Below are positions 36,273 to 44,790 of a DNA stretch of 53,960 bases, one piece after another. A program made the position numbers and the translations under genes. Source of the DNA: an uncultured Anaerotruncus sp. (lineage in GTDB: Bacteria; Bacillota; Clostridia; Oscillospirales; Ruminococcaceae); NCBI GenBank assembly GCA_944387965.1, contig CALXGW010000128.1, positions 1 to 53,960 on the forward strand, given 5' to 3'. Below the pieces are notes generated by a model. The model did not search any database and was not told where the DNA came from. It worked only from the letters and a program-made list of their open reading frames with translations. How positions within the stretch are numbered: the first letter of the stretch is position 1; each line of letters starts with the position of its first letter.

Positions 36273-38612
36273 TTGCTGAGTTATCTGTTGCGACAATTAA
36301 CAAATTCTTTTGGGATCTTTTTCCGCACCATCCGGGCGTTCTTTACCCGGAAACTGGTGGGGGCGTGGTCCTATCTGCGTCGCATCACCAACTTCTCCCG
36401 CCAGGCGACCAAGGTGGCAACCACCTCTTTCCAGGGGGCGGCCACCGCGATGAAAAAGCCAAGCAAGCGGGAGGATTATATCGAAACACAGCGGCTGTTT
36501 ATCTCTAAATCGTTTTTGATACTGTTGGCGGTCAAGCTGGTGCTGATCGGGCTGCTGTTCTATTTCTTCATCTGGCCGTTCCTGCTCAGCCATTTCTTTG
36601 TGGCAAAGTTTTACCAGGGGGATCAGCGGCTGTCCGATTGGTCAGGGAAGGTGATCGTTTATTATGACGAGGAAAAACAGTCGGCCATGTACAAGGGCAC
36701 CCTGGAGGATGGAAAACTGCAGGGGAATGGCGAGGAATACAGCGAGGAAGGGTTGTTGGTTTACGAAGGGAATTTTTCCAACGGGCAGCGCAGCGGTGAA
36801 GGCAGGCTCTGTGATGATGGGGTGCTGGTTTATGAGGGACAATTTTCTAGCGGAGAGCCAAATGGTGTTGGCATTGCATATGCAGATGGTGTAAAATGTT
36901 ATCAGGGCGCTTTCGTGGACGGGGTATATGACGGGGAAGGCGTCACCTATTATCCCAGTGGGGCAAGGGCTTATGTGGGCTCGTTTGCCGCCGGGCTGTA
37001 TGAAGGGGAAGGCACCGAGTATAGCGAAGACGGCCAGGCGATTTATAAAGGCTCTTTCGCCCAGGGAGTATATGAAGGGAGCGGTACGGTTTATCTGGAT
37101 GACGGCAGCCAGATCCGCGCGGAATTTACCGGCGGGGTTTCCAATGGGGCGATCCAGTGGTACCGCAAAGGCAAGCTTTGGTATGACGGCAGTGCGGATA
37201 ACCTGTCCCCGGATGGGTTTGGCACCCTCTATGCTGAAAGCGGAAAAGTGGCTTACGCAGGTGAGTTCGACCAGGGTACACTGGATGGGGCCTGGCTGCT
37301 GGGACTGACTGCCGGGGAACTGCGGGAAGCTTTCGGGCAGGTCCCGCTCACCGAATCGGACAGCAGCGGTGGTTTTTTGATAGAAAATCAAGAGATCGGG
37401 CTGTCAGCCCTGTGCAGTTACCAACAGGAGGACGCGGGGTCCGAAGTTTACCGGCTGTGGCTTGCACCGGCGCAGGACAGCGCTTGGGCGGCGCTGCTGC
37501 CATGGGAAGATACCAGCCAGGCGGCCAGCTGGGCGGTGGATGGCCGGGAAGCCACCCCGCAGGCCAGTGTGACCGAGGGGACGATCCTGCAGCCGGGCGG
37601 AAGCGTCAGCGAGGATTGGTATCAGCGGCAATACATTTATGCGGATTATGTGTGTACCCTGCTCAGCCATCGGGAAGATGAGCCGCCGGTCCAGATCTGC
37701 TGGAGCCGTGAGATGCCGGAGATCGGCCAGCTCCCGCAGGATCCGCAGGAAACCCAGGCACAGGAACAGCTGGATGGGCTGATTTCGGCTTTGGATGGGA
37801 TGGACGGCAGTATAGCGGCCGGGGATGAAGCAGAGGATGCCGCGGTTGGGGCAGTGGTGAGCAAGCCGGATCAGACCGATGTGAGCCGGCTGTTGAGCCG
37901 GATGCGCAATGAGCAGGATGGGGAAGCGCTGATGGATGCGCTGATCGATTATTATGTCTACGGCGGGATGGCGGATTCGCTGGAAGCCGGCAAGCCCCTT
38001 TTGGAGCAGGAATTGGAGAAAGCACAGTCCCGCATGCAGCGGGAGGATGGGCTGCAGGAGGATGTGGACCAGGCGCAGGCCGCCCTGGACAGCCTGGACG
38101 GGCGGATCGCCCAATACCGGACGGCCCAGGAAAAAGCAGGGCTTACCGTTGAAGAGCTTTGCAAGGTTTCGGCGGAGGATTATGATTTGAGCGCCGTGCT
38201 TTTGCTGTTCGACCCGGAAACACTGGATACCACGGTGTTATATGATGCAGCTTTGACCCATGCGAAAGCAAACCTTTCAGAAGATAAACGGCTGGAAAAA
38301 GATACGGTGGAACGGGAGATCAAGTCCGCAATACTGGAATTGGGGCTGTCCTATCAGTCGGTATGTTTTGCCCGGACATCGGTGCAGACAGCCATCGGAC
38401 AGATGGAAAAAGCGGCGGAATCCTATGCCAAAGGGATGGCGGATCAGCAAACGTTGTATGCCGCCCAATATACCAGGGATGAAGCCGCCGCCGCCCTGTA
38501 CCAGGCTGCCGGTACCTTTACCCACCAGGCCAACAAGCTGAATACCCTTTGCGGGGGTTGGCTGGCCCAGGAATATGACTGGATGGCGGAGGCTTTCGCA
38601 GGCTTGTTTTAA
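36273..38612 (+). CDS. membrane-anchored MORN-repeat protein with a TolC-like helical C-terminus
   Basis: TM at about aa 80-108; about 9 YxGxFxxGxxxGxG repeats; AAESYAKGMADQQTLYAAQ..A..ALYQA. Confidence 0.78.
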   Translation: MLSYLLRQLTNSFGIFFRTIRAFFTRKLVGAWSYLRRITNFSRQATKVATTSFQGAATAMKKPSKREDYIETQRLFISKSFLILLAVKLVLIGLLFYFFIWPFLLSHFFVAKFYQGDQRLSDWSGKVIVYYDEEKQSAMYKGTLEDGKLQGNGEEYSEEGLLVYEGNFSNGQRSGEGRLCDDGVLVYEGQFSSGEPNGVGIAYADGVKCYQGAFVDGVYDGEGVTYYPSGARAYVGSFAAGLYEGEGTEYSEDGQAIYKGSFAQGVYEGSGTVYLDDGSQIRAEFTGGVSNGAIQWYRKGKLWYDGSADNLSPDGFGTLYAESGKVAYAGEFDQGTLDGAWLLGLTAGELREAFGQVPLTESDSSGGFLIENQEIGLSALCSYQQEDAGSEVYRLWLAPAQDSAWAALLPWEDTSQAASWAVDGREATPQASVTEGTILQPGGSVSEDWYQRQYIYADYVCTLLSHREDEPPVQICWSREMPEIGQLPQDPQETQAQEQLDGLISALDGMDGSIAAGDEAEDAAVGAVVSKPDQTDVSRLLSRMRNEQDGEALMDALIDYYVYGGMADSLEAGKPLLEQELEKAQSRMQREDGLQEDVDQAQAALDSLDGRIAQYRTAQEKAGLTVEELCKVSAEDYDLSAVLLLFDPETLDTTVLYDAALTHAKANLSEDKRLEKDTVEREIKSAILELGLSYQSVCFARTSVQTAIGQMEKAAESYAKGMADQQTLYAAQYTRDEAAAALYQAAGTFTHQANKLNTLCGGWLAQEYDWMAEAFAGLF

Positions 38613-38722
38613 AGGAAGACCAAACGGGCGGGCCGGTAAGGCCCTGTCCGGCAGATAAAAAACAGACTGCCGCCCCATAGACGGGGATGCCGGCAGGGGG
38701 CACACAGAAAGGAGGAGAAGAA

Positions 38723-39313
38723 ATGGCAGATTATACGGCCCTGGTAGAAGCGGGCAGCGCCTTAGTGGAACTGCTGCGGGATAACCTGACCCCGGAACCC
38801 ATCAGCAACCGGGAACTGATCGCCCTTTGTTCCCCCCATGAGAGCGAAAATAACCAGATGACCCTCTATATGTACCAGGTGGAAGAGGATACGCAGGGGG
38901 TCGCGAGCGGATATTACCCGGTGGGGCGGGATGTGGAACGCCTGCGCCCAAGCCGGTACAACCTGCGGTTTTTGGTGACGGCGCATTCGAAAGCGCCGGT
39001 CCAGCTGCGGGAAGCTGACCAGTACCGGATCGTGGGTGCGGCGTTACAGGTGCTAAAGGATCATCCGGTCATCGACCAGCAATATCTGAGCGGGTCTTTG
39101 GCGGAACAGAACGCCCGCATCCATGTGGTGCTGGAAAAAACTACCCAGGATCAGCTGTTAAAAATCTGGAATAACACATCCACCAGTTACAAATTGTCAT
39201 TTGTTGTGCTTTTGACCGGGGTGGAGATCGATTCCAAACAGGAACGCCGCTTTACCAAGGTCACCGATGTGGCGATCCATACCGAGCAGAAACCGGGAGG
39301 TGTTGGCCGATGA
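38723..39313 (+). CDS. DUF4255 / Pvc16-Afp16-like cap (tail terminator)
   Basis: AAGGAGG RBS; TLYMYQVEED, LRFLVTAH, ALQVLKDHP, KIWN..YKLS. Confidence 0.85.
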   Translation: MADYTALVEAGSALVELLRDNLTPEPISNRELIALCSPHESENNQMTLYMYQVEEDTQGVASGYYPVGRDVERLRPSRYNLRFLVTAHSKAPVQLREADQYRIVGAALQVLKDHPVIDQQYLSGSLAEQNARIHVVLEKTTQDQLLKIWNNTSTSYKLSFVVLLTGVEIDSKQERRFTKVTDVAIHTEQKPGGVGR

Positions 39314-40038
39314 TTTCCATCCATGCCAGCGCGGTCTGCCATGTGCGGGACGGTTATACCAGCCGGCCGCTGCAGGCGCAGGCCCTCTTGTGCGCCCTCG
39401 ACGGGGCCCCGGTCCGGCCGTTGGCAAAGCCGGACGGATACCTGGTGCTGCTTGACCTGTCCGACGGACCCCATCGCCTTTCGCTGCGCTGCCACGGCTA
39501 CCAGGAGGAATGGGTGGATTTTATTGCGGGCGCCGGTACGGAAGAACTGGAGATCACCATGAAACCGGGGGCAGGATACCCTTTCCGTGGGGAAGTCACC
39601 CGGCTGGAACTTGCTGTGACAGAAAAGGGCACGGCCGCTGCCGGCAGGCAGCTGTGGCTGGCAGCCCCGGGCAGATGGGAACTGAAGATTGCCCAGACGC
39701 AGGCGCCGGCAGGCGCGCAGCAATTCCGGCTGTACTGCAAGGGACCGGCAGAAAGTGTGCCGCCGGGGCCATATCTGATCCTTGACGGCGCCGACAGCGA
39801 GATCGTTTTCCTGCGGGACTTGGAGGGGGAAGAGGGAAGGCTGGCATCCCCCCTTCTTTGCAGCCATGCCCGCGGCAAGCCGCTGCTGCCTGCCCAATGC
39901 TACCATACAGGGCTGGACGGAGGTTTAACCGCCGTTTTCCAGTCGGCCTGCACCCTGCAGGTTTATGCGCCGGGAAGCGGGCTGTTGGCCAGCCTTCCGC
40001 TTGGGAGCGGGGAAAACCGGCAGACGATCCGTCTGTAA
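39310..40038 (+). CDS. hypothetical CIS protein (prealbumin/carboxypeptidase-regulatory-like N-terminus)
   Basis: VRDGYTSRPL, KPDGYLVLLDL..G..YQ, MKPGAGYPF; start overlaps the DUF4255 stop. Confidence 0.6.
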   Translation: MISIHASAVCHVRDGYTSRPLQAQALLCALDGAPVRPLAKPDGYLVLLDLSDGPHRLSLRCHGYQEEWVDFIAGAGTEELEITMKPGAGYPFRGEVTRLELAVTEKGTAAAGRQLWLAAPGRWELKIAQTQAPAGAQQFRLYCKGPAESVPPGPYLILDGADSEIVFLRDLEGEEGRLASPLLCSHARGKPLLPAQCYHTGLDGGLTAVFQSACTLQVYAPGSGLLASLPLGSGENRQTIRL

Positions 40039-40079
40039 CGGGATGCGGCAAATTGGGATGGTTACAAGGAGAAAGCGAT

Positions 40080-40466
40080 ATGGGAAAACCAGTAGTCCAA
40101 ACAACGATGTGTACTTGCTCATTTGGAGCGGCGCCAGCACCGCTGACGGTCACCAGCCAAATGACGGTAAGCATGGGCGGCCTGCCTGTAGCTACCATCC
40201 TGGATGGGGCCCCGGCGACCAACCTGTCCACCTTCGGCATGTGTTCCAGCCTGTCAAATCCGGCGGTGGCAGCGGCAACGGCAGCAGCTCTTGGGGTGCT
40301 GACCCCGGCGCCCTGTATGCCGGTCACGGTGAGCTGGATGCCGGGATGCCCGACCGTATCTGTCTGTAAACGCCCGATGCTGAACACCCAAAGCAAACTG
40401 GTTTGCGCTTATGGGGGTCAGATACAGGTCAGCGCTGCAATAGAAACACGGGTCAAGATCCCTTAA
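40080..40466 (+). CDS. DUF4280 PAAR-like spike tip
   Basis: CTCSFG, FGMCSSLSNPAVAAATAAALGVLTPAPCMP, SKLVCAYGG. Confidence 0.9.
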   Translation: MGKPVVQTTMCTCSFGAAPAPLTVTSQMTVSMGGLPVATILDGAPATNLSTFGMCSSLSNPAVAAATAAALGVLTPAPCMPVTVSWMPGCPTVSVCKRPMLNTQSKLVCAYGGQIQVSAAIETRVKIP

Positions 40467-40500
40467 AAAACCAGGGGACGGCCGGAAGGGAGGGGATGCG

Positions 40501-42588
40501 GTGGAAGAGTATGATCTGCGGGATATCTCTTATGAACGGATGGACCAGGGATATGAAACTCAGTGGGCGCTGATGGATGACCTGTTCGCCTGGCTGGACC
40601 TGCAACTTTATTTCTTCTATAAACATCATCAATGGCTGGGGCCAAAAAATGATATGCGCAATATGATGGGATTGGTGGTCAGCCGCGAGGAATTCGAGCA
40701 TAACCTGGCAAAAGCAGCCCAATTGGGCCTGTCAGCCCAACTGACCAATGGGGAAGCCGGACAGCTGGAAGCTTCCCGCAGGGCTATCCTGGCACGGCTG
40801 AAGCGCACCGAAGGGGATTTCCCGCTGCTGTTGCTTTTCAAGCGGTGCGGCTTGGACGAATTTGAAGCTGCTTGTGTCGCTTTGACATATGCCGGGGTGC
40901 TTGACCAGAAATATGAAAAGCTTTTTGCCTACCTGCAGGATGATATCACCCGGAAGGTCCCATCCACTGCCCTGGCCGTACAGCTTTTCCTGCCGCCGGG
41001 CAGTACGATGGAGGAATACCTTTCCCGTTTTGCGCGGCGGGATCGGTTTACCGGGCTGTTTGATCCGGACCGGTTGGCGGCAGGGCAATTGGTCTTCTGC
41101 CCGGTCGTGCTGGAGTTTTTGAGCACCGGCAGCATCGCGCCGCTGCCCGGGCTGCGCCTGTTCGACGGGGCGGTGGAGCGCCCTCCGGGACCGCTGGTCA
41201 TCGGCCAGGAGGCGGCCCGCCGGCTGGATTTGCTGTTCGGCGAACCGGGGGAGCAAGCGATTTGCCTGACCGGCGGGCCGGGGTCAGGCAAACGCTTCCA
41301 GGTGGAACATCTCATGGCCCGGACCGGCCAACGGTGCGTATTCCTTTCGCTCGACTGCGAGCAGCCTGCACAACGGGCCAGGGAAGGGGTGCTGGCGGCC
41401 CGGCTGACGGGGGCTTGCCTGTGCTGTACCCATATGGAGGGACGGGATGCGGAAGGCAAATGGATCCCGCCGGAGGAAAAACTGCTGCAGGGGATATTGG
41501 ATCTGGAACCTGCCCATGAAAAGATTTTTTTCCTTTCACAGCTGCCGATCCGGGCGCGTTTGGGGCGGCTGACGGTCGAATTGGAAATCCCGGATACCAC
41601 CGAAGACGAACGGATGGATCTTTTCCGGGCGTTTTTGGGGGAAATCCCGCTGGGGGATGGCCTGACCGTGGAGGAATTGGCCAGCAAATTCCGGTTTTCC
41701 CCCCGGCAGGTGGAACAGGCATGCCGGCAGGCGGCCGGCCTGGCCCGCTTGGACGGCCAGGCGCAGATCCCCAGCCGGGAGATGCACCAGTGCTGTTACC
41801 GCCAGGTGGTACATAAGCTTGGGGATTTGGCCACCCCGGTGCGGCCTGCATTCGGCTGGGATGACGTGGTGATGCCGCAGGATCAAAAACGCCTGCTGCA
41901 GCATGCATGCAGCCATATCAAGTTCCGGCACAGGGTTTACAGTGAATGGGGGTTTGACCGGAAGGTGACATATGGCCGGGGGTTATCCATCCTTTTTGCC
42001 GGCGCTCCGGGAACGGGGAAAACCATGTGTGCCCAGCTGATCGCCAACGAACTGAATATGGAGATGTATAAAATCAACATATCCCAGATCGTCAGCAAAT
42101 ATATCGGTGAAACGGAAAAAAATTTGCAGGCGGTTTTTGCAGAGGCACGGCGATCCAATTGTATCCTTTTTTTCGATGAGTGCGACGCTATTTTCGGCAA
42201 ACGCAGCGAGGTCAAGGACGCCCATGACCGCAATGCCAATGTGGAGGTCGCTTACCTGCTCCAGCAGATCGAGGAACACGACGGGGTATGTATCATGGCC
42301 ACAAACCTGATCGGCAATATTGATGCAGCCTTTATGCGCCGCATCACCTATGTGATCCATTTTCCATTCCCCGACGCCGCGATGCGCGAGGAGATCTACC
42401 GCCGGACCATCCCACGGCAGGCCCCGCTGTCAGAGGATATCGACTGGGCATTCCTGGCCGAAAAATTTGAACTTTCCGGCGGGCATATCAAAAATATCGT
42501 CCTTTCCGCCGCTTTTTTGGCCGCGTTGGAGGGCCAGCCGATCGAAATGTCCCATCTGCTGCGCGCAGCGGTCGGGGAACTGCGGTAA
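40501..42588 (+). CDS. AAA+ ATPase (Afp15-like), possibly truncated by 19 codons
   Basis: KLFAYLQDD, GGPGSGK, GAPGTGKT, SKYIGETEKNL, FFDECDAIFGKR, LSGGHIKNI. Confidence 0.93.
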   Translation: MEEYDLRDISYERMDQGYETQWALMDDLFAWLDLQLYFFYKHHQWLGPKNDMRNMMGLVVSREEFEHNLAKAAQLGLSAQLTNGEAGQLEASRRAILARLKRTEGDFPLLLLFKRCGLDEFEAACVALTYAGVLDQKYEKLFAYLQDDITRKVPSTALAVQLFLPPGSTMEEYLSRFARRDRFTGLFDPDRLAAGQLVFCPVVLEFLSTGSIAPLPGLRLFDGAVERPPGPLVIGQEAARRLDLLFGEPGEQAICLTGGPGSGKRFQVEHLMARTGQRCVFLSLDCEQPAQRAREGVLAARLTGACLCCTHMEGRDAEGKWIPPEEKLLQGILDLEPAHEKIFFLSQLPIRARLGRLTVELEIPDTTEDERMDLFRAFLGEIPLGDGLTVEELASKFRFSPRQVEQACRQAAGLARLDGQAQIPSREMHQCCYRQVVHKLGDLATPVRPAFGWDDVVMPQDQKRLLQHACSHIKFRHRVYSEWGFDRKVTYGRGLSILFAGAPGTGKTMCAQLIANELNMEMYKINISQIVSKYIGETEKNLQAVFAEARRSNCILFFDECDAIFGKRSEVKDAHDRNANVEVAYLLQQIEEHDGVCIMATNLIGNIDAAFMRRITYVIHFPFPDAAMREEIYRRTIPRQAPLSEDIDWAFLAEKFELSGGHIKNIVLSAAFLAALEGQPIEMSHLLRAAVGELR

Positions 42589-42693
42589 AATGAGATCGTA
42601 GTGGTCCAGGAGGAGCTGCGGGAATATGCAGACTTGCTGGATTAAAGAACATATATATCCGGTTTTAGATTTATCAATCAGGAGGAAACAAAG

Positions 42694-42990
42694 ATGACCA
42701 TTACAAAAAAGACAGAGGGAGCCGTTCTGACCATCGCATTGGAGGGGCGACTGGACACTTCTACCGCACCGGAACTGGAGGCGGAACTTAATGCCAGCCT
42801 GAACGGCGTTACCGATCTGACCCTGGATCTGGAGGAACTGCTGTATTTATCTTCCGCCGGCCTGCGGGTGATCCTGGCAGCCCAAAAGCGGATGAATAAG
42901 CAAGGCAAGATGACGGTGACCCATGTTTGCGACGAGATCATGGAGGTCTTTGAAATCACCGGATTTGTAGATATTTTGAATATCAAGTAA
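42694..42990 (+). CDS. STAS anti-sigma-factor antagonist (RsbV/SpoIIAA-like)
   Basis: GRLDTSTAP, YLSSAGLRVIL (phospho-Ser motif), EVFEITGF. Confidence 0.95.
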   Translation: MTITKKTEGAVLTIALEGRLDTSTAPELEAELNASLNGVTDLTLDLEELLYLSSAGLRVILAAQKRMNKQGKMTVTHVCDEIMEVFEITGFVDILNIK

Positions 42991-43008
42991 TTGAGAAGCG
43001 AGGAAATT

Positions 43009-44760
43009 ATGGAAATCAAACGATCCGAACGGGAAAATATATTCGTCCGGAAATCTTTTTACAGCTTTTTCCTTCCCAGCCTGCTTTCCTGCCTGGGCAT
43101 TGCCATTGGCGGCCTGGCAGATTGTGTGTTCGTGGGAAATACGGTCGGTGCGGTGGGAATAACGGCTATCAGTATCGGGCAGCCGGTTTACATGCTGTTC
43201 AATACTATCAGCTATTCCCTGTCGATCGGCGGATCGATCCACTATGCCAACGCCCTGAGCGAGGGCCGGGAAGCTGACGGAAACCGGATTTTTGCCAATG
43301 TCCTGCGCACCGACTTGTTTTTGAACCTGTCGCTGTGTATTTTAGGGCTGCTATTTTTACCGCAGGTACTCGCCTTCCTGGGCGCAGGCACCCCGGGGAC
43401 AGAGGTATGGGACAATTGTGAAGCGTTGGTCCGTGCCCAGCTGCTGTTGGTGCCGGTCATGTTCTGCCAGGGCCCGTTTTACTATTTTGTCAACTGCGAC
43501 AACAACCCGAAACTGGCTGCGGTCGCGCTGGTCACCAGCAATACGTTGGACATTATTTTCAATTATGTCTTTGTGGTACTCATGGACATGGGGGTCGCAG
43601 GATCGGTGTACTCCACCGGCCTGGGCGCCGCGGCAATGATCCTGATCAGCCTGACCCACTTTTTCCGCAAGAAGGGGTGCCTGCGTTTTTCCTGGCCGAA
43701 ATACCAGTTTTCCATGGTGCGGCAGTCTTTCCAGACGGGTTTTGCAACTTCGGTGCAGTACCTCTACCAGGTTTTCACCATCCTGGTAAGTAACCGGCTG
43801 CGCATGTCGATCAGCGGGGAACTGGGGGTCGCCGTGTTGGGCATCGTGTTCAATGTGGCTTTGGTGGCCGCTTCGGTATACGACGCCATCAGCATGGCTT
43901 TGCAGCCGATGGTGAGCACCTTCCATGGGGAATGCAACAAATCCAATATCCGCTGTACTTTACGCCAGGCGTTTAAGGTATCGTTGGCAGTCAGCGTCCT
44001 GCTGCTCATCCTGCTGGTCAGCATCCCGCAGTGGGTCTGCTTTGCATTCGGCCTGCGTACGGCAGAGGAAATGGCATTGGGCGTGATAGCCATCCGGATA
44101 TACGCCCTGTGTACCATCCCATCGGGGATCAATATGGTGCTGACCTATTATTATCAGGCATTGGGGAAGGAATTTACCAGCTATCTGCTGTTTACCCTGC
44201 GTTCCTTTGTATTTTTCCTGACCTTCAGCATCCTGTTCAGCCGGGGCGGGACAGATTGGTTCTGGTGGACCTATCCGGCAATGGAACTGGCTTCGCTGGC
44301 GGTGTTGTGCCTGTATAACCAGAAGAAGGGCTCCTGGACCTATCTGGATGAGGACGAAAGCAAGGTGTTCAGCGCTTTCCTGGACAGCCGGGACGCCGAC
44401 CTTGGCGCAGTCGAACAGGAGGTATCCACCTATCTGGAAGGGATCGACGCCAATCCAACTCAGACATATTTCGCGACCATTGCGGTGGAAGAGGTGTGCG
44501 GGATTATCCTGGCGCGGGCTTTCTCGGTAAATGAAGGATATATCCAGTTCACCATCGTCCCCCATGAGGACGGCACAGTGACCATCCATCTGCGGGATAA
44601 TGCCCGGGAATTCAACCCATTTGAAATGAATACCGATGAGATCAGCCTGGAGGAAGGGACCGGGTTGGATGCGATCGGGGTAAAAATGATCAAGAGCAAG
44701 GCAAAGGAATTCTTCTACCGGCGGTATGCGGGGTTCAACACACTGGTGGTCCGGGTCTGA
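43009..44760 (+). CDS. MATE family transporter fused to an RsbW-like HATPase domain
   Basis: About 12 TMs, DCVFVGNTVG, MGVAGS, QPMVSTFHG; C-terminal AVEEVC..RDNAREFNPF..GVKMIK..GFNTL. Confidence 0.85.
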   Translation: MEIKRSERENIFVRKSFYSFFLPSLLSCLGIAIGGLADCVFVGNTVGAVGITAISIGQPVYMLFNTISYSLSIGGSIHYANALSEGREADGNRIFANVLRTDLFLNLSLCILGLLFLPQVLAFLGAGTPGTEVWDNCEALVRAQLLLVPVMFCQGPFYYFVNCDNNPKLAAVALVTSNTLDIIFNYVFVVLMDMGVAGSVYSTGLGAAAMILISLTHFFRKKGCLRFSWPKYQFSMVRQSFQTGFATSVQYLYQVFTILVSNRLRMSISGELGVAVLGIVFNVALVAASVYDAISMALQPMVSTFHGECNKSNIRCTLRQAFKVSLAVSVLLLILLVSIPQWVCFAFGLRTAEEMALGVIAIRIYALCTIPSGINMVLTYYYQALGKEFTSYLLFTLRSFVFFLTFSILFSRGGTDWFWWTYPAMELASLAVLCLYNQKKGSWTYLDEDESKVFSAFLDSRDADLGAVEQEVSTYLEGIDANPTQTYFATIAVEEVCGIILARAFSVNEGYIQFTIVPHEDGTVTIHLRDNAREFNPFEMNTDEISLEEGTGLDAIGVKMIKSKAKEFFYRRYAGFNTLVVRV

Positions 44761-44790
44761 TCAAGCGTGAACGAGAGGAAGTGGGACAGT

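Noticed and set aside
13223-42645. Prophage
   Set aside because: No capsid, portal, terminase, integrase or replication genes; the Afp15-like ATPase, DUF4255 and DUF4157 point to a CIS.
15483-42645. Canonical type VI secretion system
   Set aside because: Single phage-type sheath rather than TssB/TssC; no recognisable TssJ/L/M, TssK or ClpV.
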